Virus record (IMG/VR): IMGVR_UViG_3300026484_000157
Coordinates: 1-64,000 of that record
Origin: a virus
Direction: 5' to 3' (one strand)
Length of the DNA stretch: 64,000 nucleotides
How positions within the stretch are numbered: position 1 is the first letter of the stretch; the number at the start of each line of letters is the position of its first letter. Under the pieces are notes generated by a model, which saw nothing but the letters and a program-made list of their open reading frames with translations, did no database searches and was not told the DNA's origin. Positions 20,088 through 30,153 of the stretch are shown one piece after another. Both the position numbers and the translations under genes were made by a program.

Positions 20088-20125
20088 TTCTCCTGCTGAT
20101 GTAAAATTACAAAAATACAGGAGAA
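20088..20125 (+). promoter_or_regulatory. Stem-loop occluding the AGGAG RBS of the scaffold gene
   Basis: TTCTCCTG (20088-20095) pairs with CAGGAGAA (20118-20125). Confidence 0.55.
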
Positions 20126-20129
20126 TACA

Positions 20130-20789
20130 ATGCTTAGAAAATCTACAGCAGCAAAAACTAAAGCATTTATTAGTAAAATCGATAAACAAACAAGTTCTAT
20201 CGCATCTACTTTAAATACTAAAAGTTTTTCAAAGAAACAAGCCCTTGCATCGTTAACTACAGCAGAAAACGATATCAAGAAAATTTATGTTGCAATGAAA
20301 GGTCTTATTGCAGTTAACCCACAAAAATTGTTACAAGCATCTCAAACAGCAGAGGGATCTGATGTAGAGCAAATCTTAACAACAATTTCAAAACTAGCTA
20401 CTAGAGTTGATCTTATGGCTACTGCAATTCAATCTATGGAAGATGATGAAGTAGAAATCAATCCAGAAGATGTTGAATTAGAAGATGTACTTGCAGATTT
20501 TGGTGCTGAAGAGAATCCAGAGGTTGATCCAGAATTAGACGGAGATCCAGAGGTTGATCCAGAGTTAGATGAAGATCCAACAGTATTATCTGCTGATGAA
20601 GATCCAGAGATTGATCCTGAAGCTGATCCAGAGTTAGATGAAGATCCAGAGTTTGATGAAGATCCTGAGTTTGATGAAGATCCAGAAGTTTCAACTGAGG
20701 CTAAAGTTCATACAGCAAAAATCAAAAAAGTTATGAAAAGAAAACAAACTGCAAGTAAAACAGCAGGTTTATTTCAATTCGTGTCATAA
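20130..20789 (+). CDS. Capsid scaffolding protein (putative)
   Basis: Helical N-terminus, long acidic repeat tract and basic C-terminus, upstream of decoration and capsid genes. Confidence 0.6.
   Translation: MLRKSTAAKTKAFISKIDKQTSSIASTLNTKSFSKKQALASLTTAENDIKKIYVAMKGLIAVNPQKLLQASQTAEGSDVEQILTTISKLATRVDLMATAIQSMEDDEVEINPEDVELEDVLADFGAEENPEVDPELDGDPEVDPELDEDPTVLSADEDPEIDPEADPELDEDPEFDEDPEFDEDPEVSTEAKVHTAKIKKVMKRKQTASKTAGLFQFVS
20511..20690 (+). repeat. Degenerate 12/18-nt coding tandem repeats (DPE[VLIF]D[EG])
   Basis: Repeated GATCCAGAG / GATGAAGATCC units. Confidence 0.85.
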
Positions 20790-20807
20790 AAAGTAAAAGG
20801 AAAAATT

Positions 20808-21260
20808 ATGTTAAATATTAAAGGTGTATTTGGTGGATCAGATAACGGTTTCACTTTAGATGGTAGCAAGTTAACAGGTGATGTTGCAGAAGATAGCAGA
20901 TCAGAGTATGTTGGACAATTTGTAGGTGGTAGATTAGCATCAATCGGTTCTGATGGTTTCATTAAACTAACAGAAGGTGACAAAGACTATGCTGAAGGTT
21001 TCATTATTAATGATGCATCAGGATATTTCATGGAAAATACTCCAGCATTAGCTAGTGGTATTGTAACAGTATTATGTGGTGGTGGGGTTGTTCTTACTGA
21101 CCAAGTTGTTGAAGAAGATATTGCAGCAGGTGATAAACTTTATGCAGGTAAAGAAGGTAATGCAGGTCTAGTTACTAAAACAGAAACTGGTAGTGCAATC
21201 GGTGTAGCAAGAACTGGTAACAGTGCTTCTGATAAGACAATTGAATTAAGATTCTTCTAA
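20808..21260 (+). CDS. Head decoration/cement protein
   Basis: Gly-rich beta protein (SGIVTVLCGGG, GDKLY...GLVT, IGV) immediately before the capsid gene. Confidence 0.7.
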   Translation: MLNIKGVFGGSDNGFTLDGSKLTGDVAEDSRSEYVGQFVGGRLASIGSDGFIKLTEGDKDYAEGFIINDASGYFMENTPALASGIVTVLCGGGVVLTDQVVEEDIAAGDKLYAGKEGNAGLVTKTETGSAIGVARTGNSASDKTIELRFF

Positions 21261-21278
21261 GAATAAAAGGAAAAAATT

Positions 21279-22142
21279 ATGAGCAGAATGACAAAAGCAG
21301 AAAAAAGAAAAGTAATCGCAAAGCTGATCAAGAGTCCTGAGGGAAGATCTGAAATTGCAGCAGCACTTCAAGAACCTTTAAGAGAGTTCAGAGACTATGA
21401 AACAGTTGGTCGTAGAGCATTTATGGTAGATCAACTTCCAGATGGTGCATTACCATACTATGATAAAGATCCAGAATTAACAGCATATACTGTTGGTGAG
21501 GAAGGACAAGATATCGTTGAAGTTATTAAAGGTGATAGAGTTTTCGTTCCACTAAGAGAGATTGCTACTAACCCAATGATTCCATTGACTCAGATCAAAT
21601 CAAGAAAATATGATGTTGAATCAAGAGTTCAAAATAAAGCTAAATCTGAAATGTTCAAACAAGAAGATCAAGTTGTTTTTGACTTATTTGAAAAAATATC
21701 AAGTGCAGATGATGCAGTTAATGAGCCAATTGCAGTTTCAGCTGATGATGTATCTATTGATACTTTTAGTGAAGCAATGGGACAAATTGAAGAGCATGGT
21801 AACATTAGATGTGCAAATATCTTCATGAATGCTTCAAACATGAAAATTGTTAGAAGACTAGGTAAAGATTACTTTGAACCAGCTACAACTTCTGAGTTGC
21901 TTAAAACTGGACAAATTGGTAGTATTTTCAACTCTACAATCCATACAAGTCCACTTATTGGTAAAGATACACTTTACTTTACTGCAGAGCCAGAATTCTT
22001 TGGTGTGTTTGTTGAATCAATTGAACTTTCAGTTTTACCAGCAGATGAACCTGCTAAAAGACAAATTGGTTGGTCGATCTTCGAACAAATCGGAGTACTT
22101 GTACACAACTCTAAAGGTTTATCAGTTATCAAAATCGGATAA
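21279..22142 (+). CDS. Major capsid protein (HK97 fold)
   Basis: DQLPDGALPYYDKD, VFVPLREIATNP, EDQVVF, G.IF...I..S, IGWSIFEQIGVLVHN; strong RBS and downstream terminator. Confidence 0.85.
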   Translation: MSRMTKAEKRKVIAKLIKSPEGRSEIAAALQEPLREFRDYETVGRRAFMVDQLPDGALPYYDKDPELTAYTVGEEGQDIVEVIKGDRVFVPLREIATNPMIPLTQIKSRKYDVESRVQNKAKSEMFKQEDQVVFDLFEKISSADDAVNEPIAVSADDVSIDTFSEAMGQIEEHGNIRCANIFMNASNMKIVRRLGKDYFEPATTSELLKTGQIGSIFNSTIHTSPLIGKDTLYFTAEPEFFGVFVESIELSVLPADEPAKRQIGWSIFEQIGVLVHNSKGLSVIKIG

Positions 22143-22159
22143 TCTGACAATAACCTCTC

Positions 22160-22195
22160 AAAATGAGTGCATATATGCACTCATTTTTCTTTCTT
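22160..22195 (+). terminator. Rho-independent terminator after the capsid gene
   Basis: 28-bp perfect palindrome AAAATGAGTGCATATATGCACTCATTTT running into a T-rich tract. Confidence 0.8.
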
Positions 22196-22262
22196 CAAAT
22201 TAATCAAAAATAACTACTAAGTTTTACAACACACTATTACAAACTAAAAATAAGGATGAATC

Positions 22263-22685
22263 ATGAAATTGGTCGTACTAAAGAAATTTGTATCTGTCGA
22301 GCCAGGCATATCAAACAATAAAAAATACAAAAAAGGTGCAGTTATAGATTCAGATCTATTTTCTGAAAAATATATAGCAACACTTAAAAAGCTGAAATTT
22401 GTTAAAGAAGCTAGAGGGTCATCAACTGCAGATGCCGACAAATTAGCAAAAGAAGAAGCTGATAGAAAGAAAAAAGAAGAAGCCGATAAATTAGCAAAAG
22501 AGGAAGAGGCTAAAAAATTAGCAGATGAAAAGGCTGAAGCTGATAAATTAGCAAAAGAGGAAGCCGACAAAAAGAAAAAGGCAGCAGAAGCTAAAAAATT
22601 AGCAGATGAAAAAAGAAAAAAGGCAGCAGAGGCTAAAAAATTAGCTGATGAGAAAAAGAAAGCCGACGAAGCTGAGAAAAAATAA
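22263..22685 (+). CDS. Lys/Glu/Ala-rich repeat protein
   Basis: ADKLAKEE / AKKLADEK repeats after a short globular N-terminus. Confidence 0.7.
   Translation: MKLVVLKKFVSVEPGISNNKKYKKGAVIDSDLFSEKYIATLKKLKFVKEARGSSTADADKLAKEEADRKKKEEADKLAKEEEAKKLADEKAEADKLAKEEADKKKKAAEAKKLADEKRKKAAEAKKLADEKKKADEAEKK
22431..22682 (+). repeat. Coding tandem repeats (AAATTAGCA core)
   Basis: Six near-identical AAATTAGC units. Confidence 0.8.
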
Positions 22686-22888
22686 TGATAAAAGTTATTT
22701 CATCTGCTCGATCTGATCAAGTTGTTGAATGGTTAGATCAGAATAAGCTATGGGGATCTCTTTGGGTTATTGACCCAGAGTTTGAGGACTTAGATAAAAA
22801 GTCAGCTACAAAATTATTAGAAAGTAAAGGTTATCATCAAGAAGATGTTGCTGAAGCTTTTAAAAATTCAGGTTTGGTTATAAAATAA
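22685..22888 (+). CDS. Hypothetical protein
   Basis: TAATG coupling on both sides. Confidence 0.6.
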   Translation: MIKVISSARSDQVVEWLDQNKLWGSLWVIDPEFEDLDKKSATKLLESKGYHQEDVAEAFKNSGLVIK

Positions 22889-23538
22889 TGATAACATTTA
22901 GTGGATCGATTAATTTGGAAGCAGTGAGTCTTATGGAACTACATAAGACTAATCATACTAAAACTAGAAAAAGATCCACTAACTGCAAAGTACATAAAAT
23001 AAAATATATAAACGATTCTAATCCAAATAGATACTTATTTTATGTAGTGTGCAGTGAGTCTTGGTCAAATAAAGACGGATGGATAACCTCAATTTTATTT
23101 GAAGATGCTAAGAATGAATCAAAATATGATAAAGTGAAACCACTAACCTCTGATGTAAGAGTAAAATGCTCATGTCCAGCATTCCAATATTGGGGGTCTG
23201 CTTATAATTCAACTAAAGATGGTTATGATCTAAATGTCAATGAGAAAAGAGAACCAAATATAAGAGATCCAAAAAGAGAAAGAACAATATGTAAACATAT
23301 TGGGGCATCTAGATTAATACTGAGAAATAGAACATTCAAAAAGATGAGGAGACAATTTTCATCTGCAGATATTATCGATATGCCTGAAGTATCATGGAAA
23401 GATACAATCCCTAATATTGAGTCTTTTTTATCGGCTAATTTGAAAATGCCAAAAAAACAGATAAAGAAAGTAATATCATCTGTTACTGCTGAAAATTATA
23501 TAACATTCTTAGAAAATTATGGAGTAATAATAAAATGA
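22888..23538 (+). CDS. SWIM zinc-finger protein
   Basis: CSCPAF...CKH. Confidence 0.75.
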   Translation: MITFSGSINLEAVSLMELHKTNHTKTRKRSTNCKVHKIKYINDSNPNRYLFYVVCSESWSNKDGWITSILFEDAKNESKYDKVKPLTSDVRVKCSCPAFQYWGSAYNSTKDGYDLNVNEKREPNIRDPKRERTICKHIGASRLILRNRTFKKMRRQFSSADIIDMPEVSWKDTIPNIESFLSANLKMPKKQIKKVISSVTAENYITFLENYGVIIK

Positions 23539-23729
23539 CATTAAAAACAAGAACAGCCAAGTTATTCTTTAAAGTAAAATATAAAATTCAAGATTCAAAA
23601 GTGGCAATCGAGTTCAAATTCTTAGGATATAATGTAGTATCATTTAGAGTAAGAAAACAAGAATTTTTGGCATTCATGACTCCTTTTGTGGAAATATATA
23701 ACATCTTAAAAGATGATAAGGAATTTTAA
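23535..23729 (+). CDS. Hypothetical protein
   Basis: Overlapping starts/stops with both neighbours. Confidence 0.55.
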   Translation: MTLKTRTAKLFFKVKYKIQDSKVAIEFKFLGYNVVSFRVRKQEFLAFMTPFVEIYNILKDDKEF

Positions 23730-24211
23730 TGACTGATTTAGAATATATAGCCCATTTAAGAACAAGAGTTTCTTCAAAATATAGACTTACGAAAGCCGAT
23801 AATATGATTGATAACCCTGATGACCCAGAATACATGGAATCAGTATTATCAGGGATTGATGATTTCAATATTTATCCACCACAAACTAAATTCACACTTG
23901 AGGATTTCAAAAAGGACTCAAATAAAGAAGGAATATTAGTAAAACTAATGGCTAAGGCAATACTAACAACCATTATTGCTGAATGGGTATCAAATGGTAT
24001 GGAGATGTCACTTGATGATTTTTCTGTTCCTGATAGATTAGATAGATACCAAGGATTACTAGATACCATCACTGATGAAACTAATGGATTGTTAGAATCA
24101 ACTAAGAAGTCATATGGAACTAGAACAAAAGTTAAAGGTATAAAACCCACAACAGGTAGGAAAACACCATTAGGTAGACGAATGGGTTATAGTAATAACC
24201 TAAAATACTAA
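23729..24211 (+). CDS. Putative head-tail adaptor/neck protein
   Basis: FNIYPP motif; position between capsid and sheath. Confidence 0.5.
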   Translation: MTDLEYIAHLRTRVSSKYRLTKADNMIDNPDDPEYMESVLSGIDDFNIYPPQTKFTLEDFKKDSNKEGILVKLMAKAILTTIIAEWVSNGMEMSLDDFSVPDRLDRYQGLLDTITDETNGLLESTKKSYGTRTKVKGIKPTTGRKTPLGRRMGYSNNLKY

Positions 24212-24226
24212 GTTAAAGGACTCGCA

Positions 24227-24661
24227 ATGGCAGGTATAGACAAAATTAATAAAATAAAAGCCAAAGCAATTCCTCAAATTGTAAAAGCTTTCAAAAAGGC
24301 ATTCTCAGTCGATGCCAAGATTTTTTATCCAACTGAAAACTCATCAATATATGGATCTCATGATAGTGAGTTCACTTATAACGAGATACCAGACGATGAA
24401 GATGAATTTTTAATATCTGGTATTTTTGGTAAACATTCTGAGTCGTTTAACACATTGGCAGAATTAGATCCATTTTTTGATGAGGATTCAGATAAGAAAT
24501 TATACGATAATAATGAGAAAGTGATTCCAATTAATTCAATGATTGAGGTTATTCATGATGATGTTCATTTGAAATTCAAAATTTCATCTGCACCTGCTCA
24601 AGTATTCACCGATGAAAAGATATCGATCTTGAATATTTATAAACTTACTCCAATAGGATAA
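24227..24661 (+). CDS. Putative head closure protein
   Basis: Beta-rich 144 aa in the neck position. Confidence 0.4.
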   Translation: MAGIDKINKIKAKAIPQIVKAFKKAFSVDAKIFYPTENSSIYGSHDSEFTYNEIPDDEDEFLISGIFGKHSESFNTLAELDPFFDEDSDKKLYDNNEKVIPINSMIEVIHDDVHLKFKISSAPAQVFTDEKISILNIYKLTPIG

Positions 24662-24666
24662 ATAAT

Positions 24667-25356
24667 ATGGAACTTAAATCAACAACCCCAATAGCAATTC
24701 AAGGTGCAATAGATTATATTTACGATTCACTGTCTGATATAGAGTTAGTAGAGAATCCAATATTTGATCCAACTATTGATTTCAGAAGAGCAGTTCTTCA
24801 AACTAGAAGATTATATGCTGATACTGATCCAAAAATCTTTGCTAAAATAAAGAAAGATGGAACATTCACTAATCCAAGATGGTCAGTGTTAACATGGAAT
24901 AGATCACCAATCCAAGATTCAAATATCCAAAATAGAAACATGTATTCATTTTCAGGGAATGAATCTGTTCTTCATGATGATAGACATAAGACTAGACTGG
25001 TAACAGTAGATTTAATGTTTATTATTTATACTAATACTATTGCACAGTGTGATGAAATAGAAGAGAAGCTATTCCTACGAATGTCAAAACAATTTGCATT
25101 CGACATGGCACTTAATGATAAGTTTAGAATGACAATATCAATCGATTCTTTTGACTCATCAGGTATGGAAATTATTGATTTAGAAAATATGGGATCAACA
25201 TCAAAAGTTTCATTCAATGTCAAAATATCCTATCCGATCTTCGATAATCCACAGGTTTTATCTCTGATAAGAGATGTAAATTTAAACATATACGAAGGAG
25301 ATTCAGAATGGCAACTAAAAAACCATCTAAACAAGCAAAAAGAGAACCAAGAGTAA
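24667..25356 (+). CDS. Putative tail terminator/completion protein
   Basis: Position upstream of the sheath; alpha/beta pattern. Confidence 0.45.
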   Translation: MELKSTTPIAIQGAIDYIYDSLSDIELVENPIFDPTIDFRRAVLQTRRLYADTDPKIFAKIKKDGTFTNPRWSVLTWNRSPIQDSNIQNRNMYSFSGNESVLHDDRHKTRLVTVDLMFIIYTNTIAQCDEIEEKLFLRMSKQFAFDMALNDKFRMTISIDSFDSSGMEIIDLENMGSTSKVSFNVKISYPIFDNPQVLSLIRDVNLNIYEGDSEWQLKNHLNKQKENQE

Positions 25357-25502
25357 ATCTTATTTCCGTTGTAGATTATCCCCTTACGGTCGATTTGATA
25401 GGTGACGATGATATAATCGTTTCTGCTAGATCAACTGCTAAAGGAATAATTAAATCTAATATAATTTCTGTGCCAAATGGCATTAGAGTAGTAGGAGCAT
25501 AA
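25308..25502 (+). CDS. Small hypothetical protein
   Basis: AAGGAG RBS, 64 aa directly before the sheath gene. Confidence 0.55.
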   Translation: MATKKPSKQAKREPRVNLISVVDYPLTVDLIGDDDIIVSARSTAKGIIKSNIISVPNGIRVVGA

Positions 25503-25503
25503 A

Positions 25504-27555
25504 ATGGCAGCACCATATAGCATAGTAAAAGAGGTAGACTTATCTACTAGAGTACCTTCATTTCCAGGAGTATACGGAGCGATGGTAATACCAGCAGTTA
25601 AAGGTAGCACTGAGCCTTTTTTAGTTACTAGTGAGAAACACTTCCTAGACAACTTCTCTGAAAATGGTAAAGTTGAAATAAGTTATGATCTATCTTATTT
25701 TTCTGCAATTCAATACTTAGGTGGATCTAATAAACTGTGGGTATCAAGAGCAGTAACTAGTCCAAAATTATCAGCTATTGTTTTTAGCACAGGTAATCCA
25801 ACTAAAAATACAAATATGTCAATTTCTTATCCAATGTCATATGACTTTGGTCAAACTGGAGATTTTGGGATTATTTATTCTGCAGGTACAGGTACTTGGT
25901 TTGAACAATTAGATGTTGAGATCCATAAAGGGACTAAAGATGATACATTTGGTATCACTGTTTATAAATTTGATGAGGAATTAGAAACATTTGATAACCT
26001 AACTTATTCTACAGTTGAAAATGAAATTAACTATAACTCATTATATATCAGAGTTGAAACAAATCAAATGACAAATGATGATAAAGTTAAAGAGTTGGAA
26101 GATAAAGGTACTGATGGAAGAAGATCAGCATTCGAAGGTGCAGATGGTGCAGTATTATCAAGTATTAAAATCAAAACTAATCCAAATGGCGATCCAATCC
26201 CAACTGTAAATGTAATATCTGGATCTGCTCCTCATGATGCAGTAGCAGATAGATGGTCAGGAACACCAACACCAATTTCAAATCCTGATGGATATCCATT
26301 AGATGCAGATGATTGTTTCATGATTACATCAGCTAATGTCGGTTTTTGGGGTAATAACATCCTTGTTACAATCACATCAAATGACAGTAGAATTAAAGAG
26401 CCTAAGTCTAAAAATCCATTTGTAATTGATGTTTATAAATCAACTGATTTAAATAATCCAGTTGAGACTAAAATAGTTACTAGACTTAAAGGTGTTAAAG
26501 ATGGATATGGTTCAAGCATGTACATTGAGGATGTACTGAAATCATCAAATTATATCAGAGCATATGATAATCCAATTGTGGATGAATCAGTAATGCCTTT
26601 TGATCTTGCAGTTGACTTTAATGGTATACAAGTTCCAGTTCCTGAGAGTATGGATTTAGGATCTAACGGTACTGGTGTTTCAACTGGTGCAATTATCAAT
26701 TCATCTGATAAGCTTAATGCTAAACAAAGTTACCCAATCACATTGTTAATGGATAGTGGATTATCATTTATTCCATACCAACAAAACCTAATTAAAATAG
26801 CTGAGAAGAGACAAGATTGTGTTGCAATTTTATCAACTCCTTTAAGTTTAGAGCTTTCTGCCAACTATTTAAATGAATTGGTTACATGGAAAAATAGCAA
26901 GTTTAATCCAAATACAAGTTATGCAGCATTATATACACCACATGTAATAATCTATGACAAAGATAATGATAGAGAAGTTCCAGTTTCTCCTGATGGTATT
27001 GTTGGATCGCTAATTAGTAAAACTGCTTCAAATTATGAGATTTGGTATCCAGTGGGTGGAAGAAAAAGAGGTAAAGTTATTGCTCTTGATTTAATCAGAA
27101 GATTTAGTGATGGAGAATTGGATTATTTATATGACAATTCAATCAATCCAATAAAATTTATGGTTGGTAAAGGTATCACTGTTGAAGGTCAGAAGACATT
27201 ACAAGCTTATGCTAGTTCACTAGATAGATTAAATGTTAGACTTATGTTAATTGTTATTGAAACAGCAATTATGGAAGCAATGGAGAATTTCAAATTCGAA
27301 CTTAATACTGCAGAAACTAGAGTTATTGCTAAATCAATTATTGATAACTACATGGAAGGTATTAAAGCTAGAAAAGGTGTTTATGACTACCTTACAGTAT
27401 GTAATGATACAAATAACTCATCAGAGGATATTGATAACCATTTACTAAATGTTATGTTGCTAGTTAAACCAACTCAAGCAATAGAATATGTGGAGACAAC
27501 AGTTGTTATTACAAGAACTGGCATGGACTTCAAAGTTGCAGCAGCAGCAGTATAA
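25504..27555 (+). CDS. Tail sheath protein
   Basis: EVDLS, RQDCVAILS, W.P.G.KRG, INPI..GI.V.GQKTL, LDRLNVR, FELN, KPTQAIEY. Confidence 0.93.
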   Translation: MAAPYSIVKEVDLSTRVPSFPGVYGAMVIPAVKGSTEPFLVTSEKHFLDNFSENGKVEISYDLSYFSAIQYLGGSNKLWVSRAVTSPKLSAIVFSTGNPTKNTNMSISYPMSYDFGQTGDFGIIYSAGTGTWFEQLDVEIHKGTKDDTFGITVYKFDEELETFDNLTYSTVENEINYNSLYIRVETNQMTNDDKVKELEDKGTDGRRSAFEGADGAVLSSIKIKTNPNGDPIPTVNVISGSAPHDAVADRWSGTPTPISNPDGYPLDADDCFMITSANVGFWGNNILVTITSNDSRIKEPKSKNPFVIDVYKSTDLNNPVETKIVTRLKGVKDGYGSSMYIEDVLKSSNYIRAYDNPIVDESVMPFDLAVDFNGIQVPVPESMDLGSNGTGVSTGAIINSSDKLNAKQSYPITLLMDSGLSFIPYQQNLIKIAEKRQDCVAILSTPLSLELSANYLNELVTWKNSKFNPNTSYAALYTPHVIIYDKDNDREVPVSPDGIVGSLISKTASNYEIWYPVGGRKRGKVIALDLIRRFSDGELDYLYDNSINPIKFMVGKGITVEGQKTLQAYASSLDRLNVRLMLIVIETAIMEAMENFKFELNTAETRVIAKSIIDNYMEGIKARKGVYDYLTVCNDTNNSSEDIDNHLLNVMLLVKPTQAIEYVETTVVITRTGMDFKVAAAAV

Positions 27556-27575
27556 ATTAAAGTAAAGGAAAAATT

Positions 27576-28103
27576 ATGCCAAGACCAACAATGGAAAATG
27601 TAAGACAATTGGGAACATATGCATCTCAAAATAGATGGCAGATAACATTTGTTAAGTTCCCTAACATTGGGAGCTACCCAGATTCGGAGAACATGAACTT
27701 TAGATGTACATCATCTACTGTTCCAAAACTATCTGAAACGGCTAATATTGATATTAATATTAGAGGTATGCACATATCACAACCAGGAGATTATGATTTT
27801 GATCATGAATGGACTGGTACATTCTTTGAAACTGTAGATGCTACAGTTTTAGACTTTTTAAAAGAATGGAGAGATGCATGTTGGGAAGCCGACACAGGTA
27901 AACAAAATAAAAAATCTGATGTAGAAGGGATTCTTCTTTTATCTAGATTAGATTACCAAGATAACCCTTTTTGGCAATATCAACTAATTGGTTGTTATTT
28001 AAAAGACTACGATCCAGGATCTATGGAAAATGAGGCAGGAGCTTTATCTGGTGGACTTACTTTATGGTATGACTACTTCAAAGATGGAAAATCTGTAGGT
28101 TAA
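27576..28103 (+). CDS. Tail tube protein
   Basis: Follows the sheath; S..VP, PG, W..TF.E, L.YDY T4 gp19-like pattern. Confidence 0.8.
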   Translation: MPRPTMENVRQLGTYASQNRWQITFVKFPNIGSYPDSENMNFRCTSSTVPKLSETANIDINIRGMHISQPGDYDFDHEWTGTFFETVDATVLDFLKEWRDACWEADTGKQNKKSDVEGILLLSRLDYQDNPFWQYQLIGCYLKDYDPGSMENEAGALSGGLTLWYDYFKDGKSVG

Positions 28104-28118
28104 AATTAAGGATACTAA

Positions 28119-28751
28119 ATGTACAATACTAATTATTTGGGATTACCAGTAGCAGATGAGACAGATGATATGTTATCTAGTCTTGTCTACTTCCAGTCTG
28201 CTTTTGGCAAATTGGATGAGCTAGGTAAATCTTCATATAGTCCTGATGTGCCAACTGGAGCTTATCTAATTGGCTACAAGTGTGATGATACTGATTATTC
28301 TGAGGATGGATCAGGTTTATCACAAGGTTGGGCAAAAAGATCAAATGCAGGTAACAAATTATCAGCCTTTTTATCTGATAAAGATATGGATAACACTGTA
28401 GATAATAGAAAAATGGCTTGGAAATCTGGATATGGATTAATTCATGGAAGATACCAAATCAAAGGATTTAATGCTGATGGAAAACTAAGAATGACTTTAG
28501 CTCATTCTGGATTCTATTATGACATTGATGCAGATCAAAAATCTGAGATTTATCTTGGTGGATATGATACTAATGGCGATGGTGTTATCGATTCCGATGA
28601 CAAATCAATGTTGGTTATGGCAAATAATGGCAAGGTCACTGCTCAGATAGACTCCATTAATGGCATTGTATTAAGAAGTCCTAATGGAACTAAATTCAAA
28701 CTATTAGTAGATAACGATGGTAATCTATCAACAACATCTGAGGTAGACTAA
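28119..28751 (+). CDS. Putative tail-associated fibre-like protein
   Basis: TNYLGLP N-terminus, EF-hand-like DTNGDGVIDSDD, C-terminal GIVLRSPNGTKFKLLVDNDGNLST. Confidence 0.5.
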   Translation: MYNTNYLGLPVADETDDMLSSLVYFQSAFGKLDELGKSSYSPDVPTGAYLIGYKCDDTDYSEDGSGLSQGWAKRSNAGNKLSAFLSDKDMDNTVDNRKMAWKSGYGLIHGRYQIKGFNADGKLRMTLAHSGFYYDIDADQKSEIYLGGYDTNGDGVIDSDDKSMLVMANNGKVTAQIDSINGIVLRSPNGTKFKLLVDNDGNLSTTSEVD

Positions 28752-29257
28752 TGGCTCATCCTACAATGGAACAAGTGAGATCAGTAAACTGGGGTAGAAC
28801 AAACAACTGGGATATCCTACTTCCTGATGCTCCACCATTGAAGACTCTAGATGGATCATCTGTCGATCTATTCCCAGCTACTGATGTAGAAGTATCTGGG
28901 TTTGATGTAGAAAGTTTCACAACTGAAATGTCATCAATCACTGTATCAGTGCCAAAATCAATAACAATTCCAACAATATCAGTTACATTTAATGACGATG
29001 AAGATGGAACATTATATGATTGGTTTGAAGACTGGGCGAATTTTATATACAATGATGGGGATGGTGTTTCAGTTTTGAACGAAGAAGGTGTGTTGAAAGA
29101 CATATTCTTATTTCGGCACAACACGATGAGAGAGATAATTAAAACAAAACAATTCAGAGTGTATCCATCAGGCATACCAGCAGAAACAATGTCATCATCT
29201 GCAAGTTTCAAATCTTATCAAATATCTTTTATAGTAGCAGGTAAGGTAAGACATTAA
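28751..29257 (+). CDS. Second tube-fold protein (tube initiator-like)
   Basis: MAHPTMEQVR start mirrors MPRPTMENVR of the tube; ISVTFND..LYDWFEDW. Confidence 0.65.
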   Translation: MAHPTMEQVRSVNWGRTNNWDILLPDAPPLKTLDGSSVDLFPATDVEVSGFDVESFTTEMSSITVSVPKSITIPTISVTFNDDEDGTLYDWFEDWANFIYNDGDGVSVLNEEGVLKDIFLFRHNTMREIIKTKQFRVYPSGIPAETMSSSASFKSYQISFIVAGKVRH

Positions 29258-29280
29258 TAAACAAACAAAGGACTCGGAAA

Positions 29281-30153
29281 ATGAAAAAATTTCAGAAACA
29301 AAACAATTCAACTGGTGAGACTTACGGAAAGACTCTACCGACTGAAGATAAACCAACTACAATCACCTCTGACAGAGAAAATGATCCTGAGGTACAATCA
29401 AACTCTTCATTATCAGAAATATCTATAGGTTTAGACGGTCTTCCTAGTAAAGGCAAAGTTTATGATGAAAATGTGAGAATAACTTATAGACCATATACAT
29501 ATGGTGAGTTATTACATTTAAGCCAATCTTCAAAAGGTAAAGAATCATCTAATAAAGACAAAATTGATGGAATTAATTTTGCTCTAAACGGCATATATGT
29601 TCAAGGGATGAATAAATATGACTTAACATTATCTGATTTTAACTTTATTGCAGTACTTAGAAAAATAAGTACAATAGGACAAGGGGAACTCACATTAACA
29701 TGGAAATGCCCAAAATGTAAAACTGACAATAAATCATCATTCACTATGTTTGATCTCGAATTTGAAGATCTTAAATACAAGGGTGGAGATTTAGAGATTA
29801 ATGGAACTGAATTGCAATTCAGACCAATCAACCTAACAAGATATATCAGTTATTTAAAAACAATTAATAAAAATTACAATAAAGATATGGCACTGATGGC
29901 ATATCAAGTAGTCAATTTAGAATTTGAAGAAGCATATAATATAATAAAAGATGCTATTGATGAAGAAGATGTAGATGCACTAGAATCAATCGATTCTGCT
30001 TTATATCACGACACAAAAGACATGAAAGTATCATGTAACAAGGAGGATTGTGGATATAGTTCCACAATACCCTTTCAATTTATCGATTCATTCATTATTT
30101 CCAATAAAAGAAACAAAGGCACTGCTCCTAGTAAAGTTAGATTTATTGAATAG
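29281..30153 (+). CDS. Baseplate hub assembly/tail chaperone (T4 gp26-like)
   Basis: LPSKG..Y, RPYT, L...D, CPKC, second Cys pair near the C-terminus. Confidence 0.7.
   Translation: MKKFQKQNNSTGETYGKTLPTEDKPTTITSDRENDPEVQSNSSLSEISIGLDGLPSKGKVYDENVRITYRPYTYGELLHLSQSSKGKESSNKDKIDGINFALNGIYVQGMNKYDLTLSDFNFIAVLRKISTIGQGELTLTWKCPKCKTDNKSSFTMFDLEFEDLKYKGGDLEINGTELQFRPINLTRYISYLKTINKNYNKDMALMAYQVVNLEFEEAYNIIKDAIDEEDVDALESIDSALYHDTKDMKVSCNKEDCGYSSTIPFQFIDSFIISNKRNKGTAPSKVRFIE

Noticed and set aside
20511-22682. Tandem repeats as a CRISPR array or DGR repeat pair
   Set aside because: Repeats are in-frame, degenerate at third positions and lack unique spacers; no cas or reverse transcriptase gene seen.
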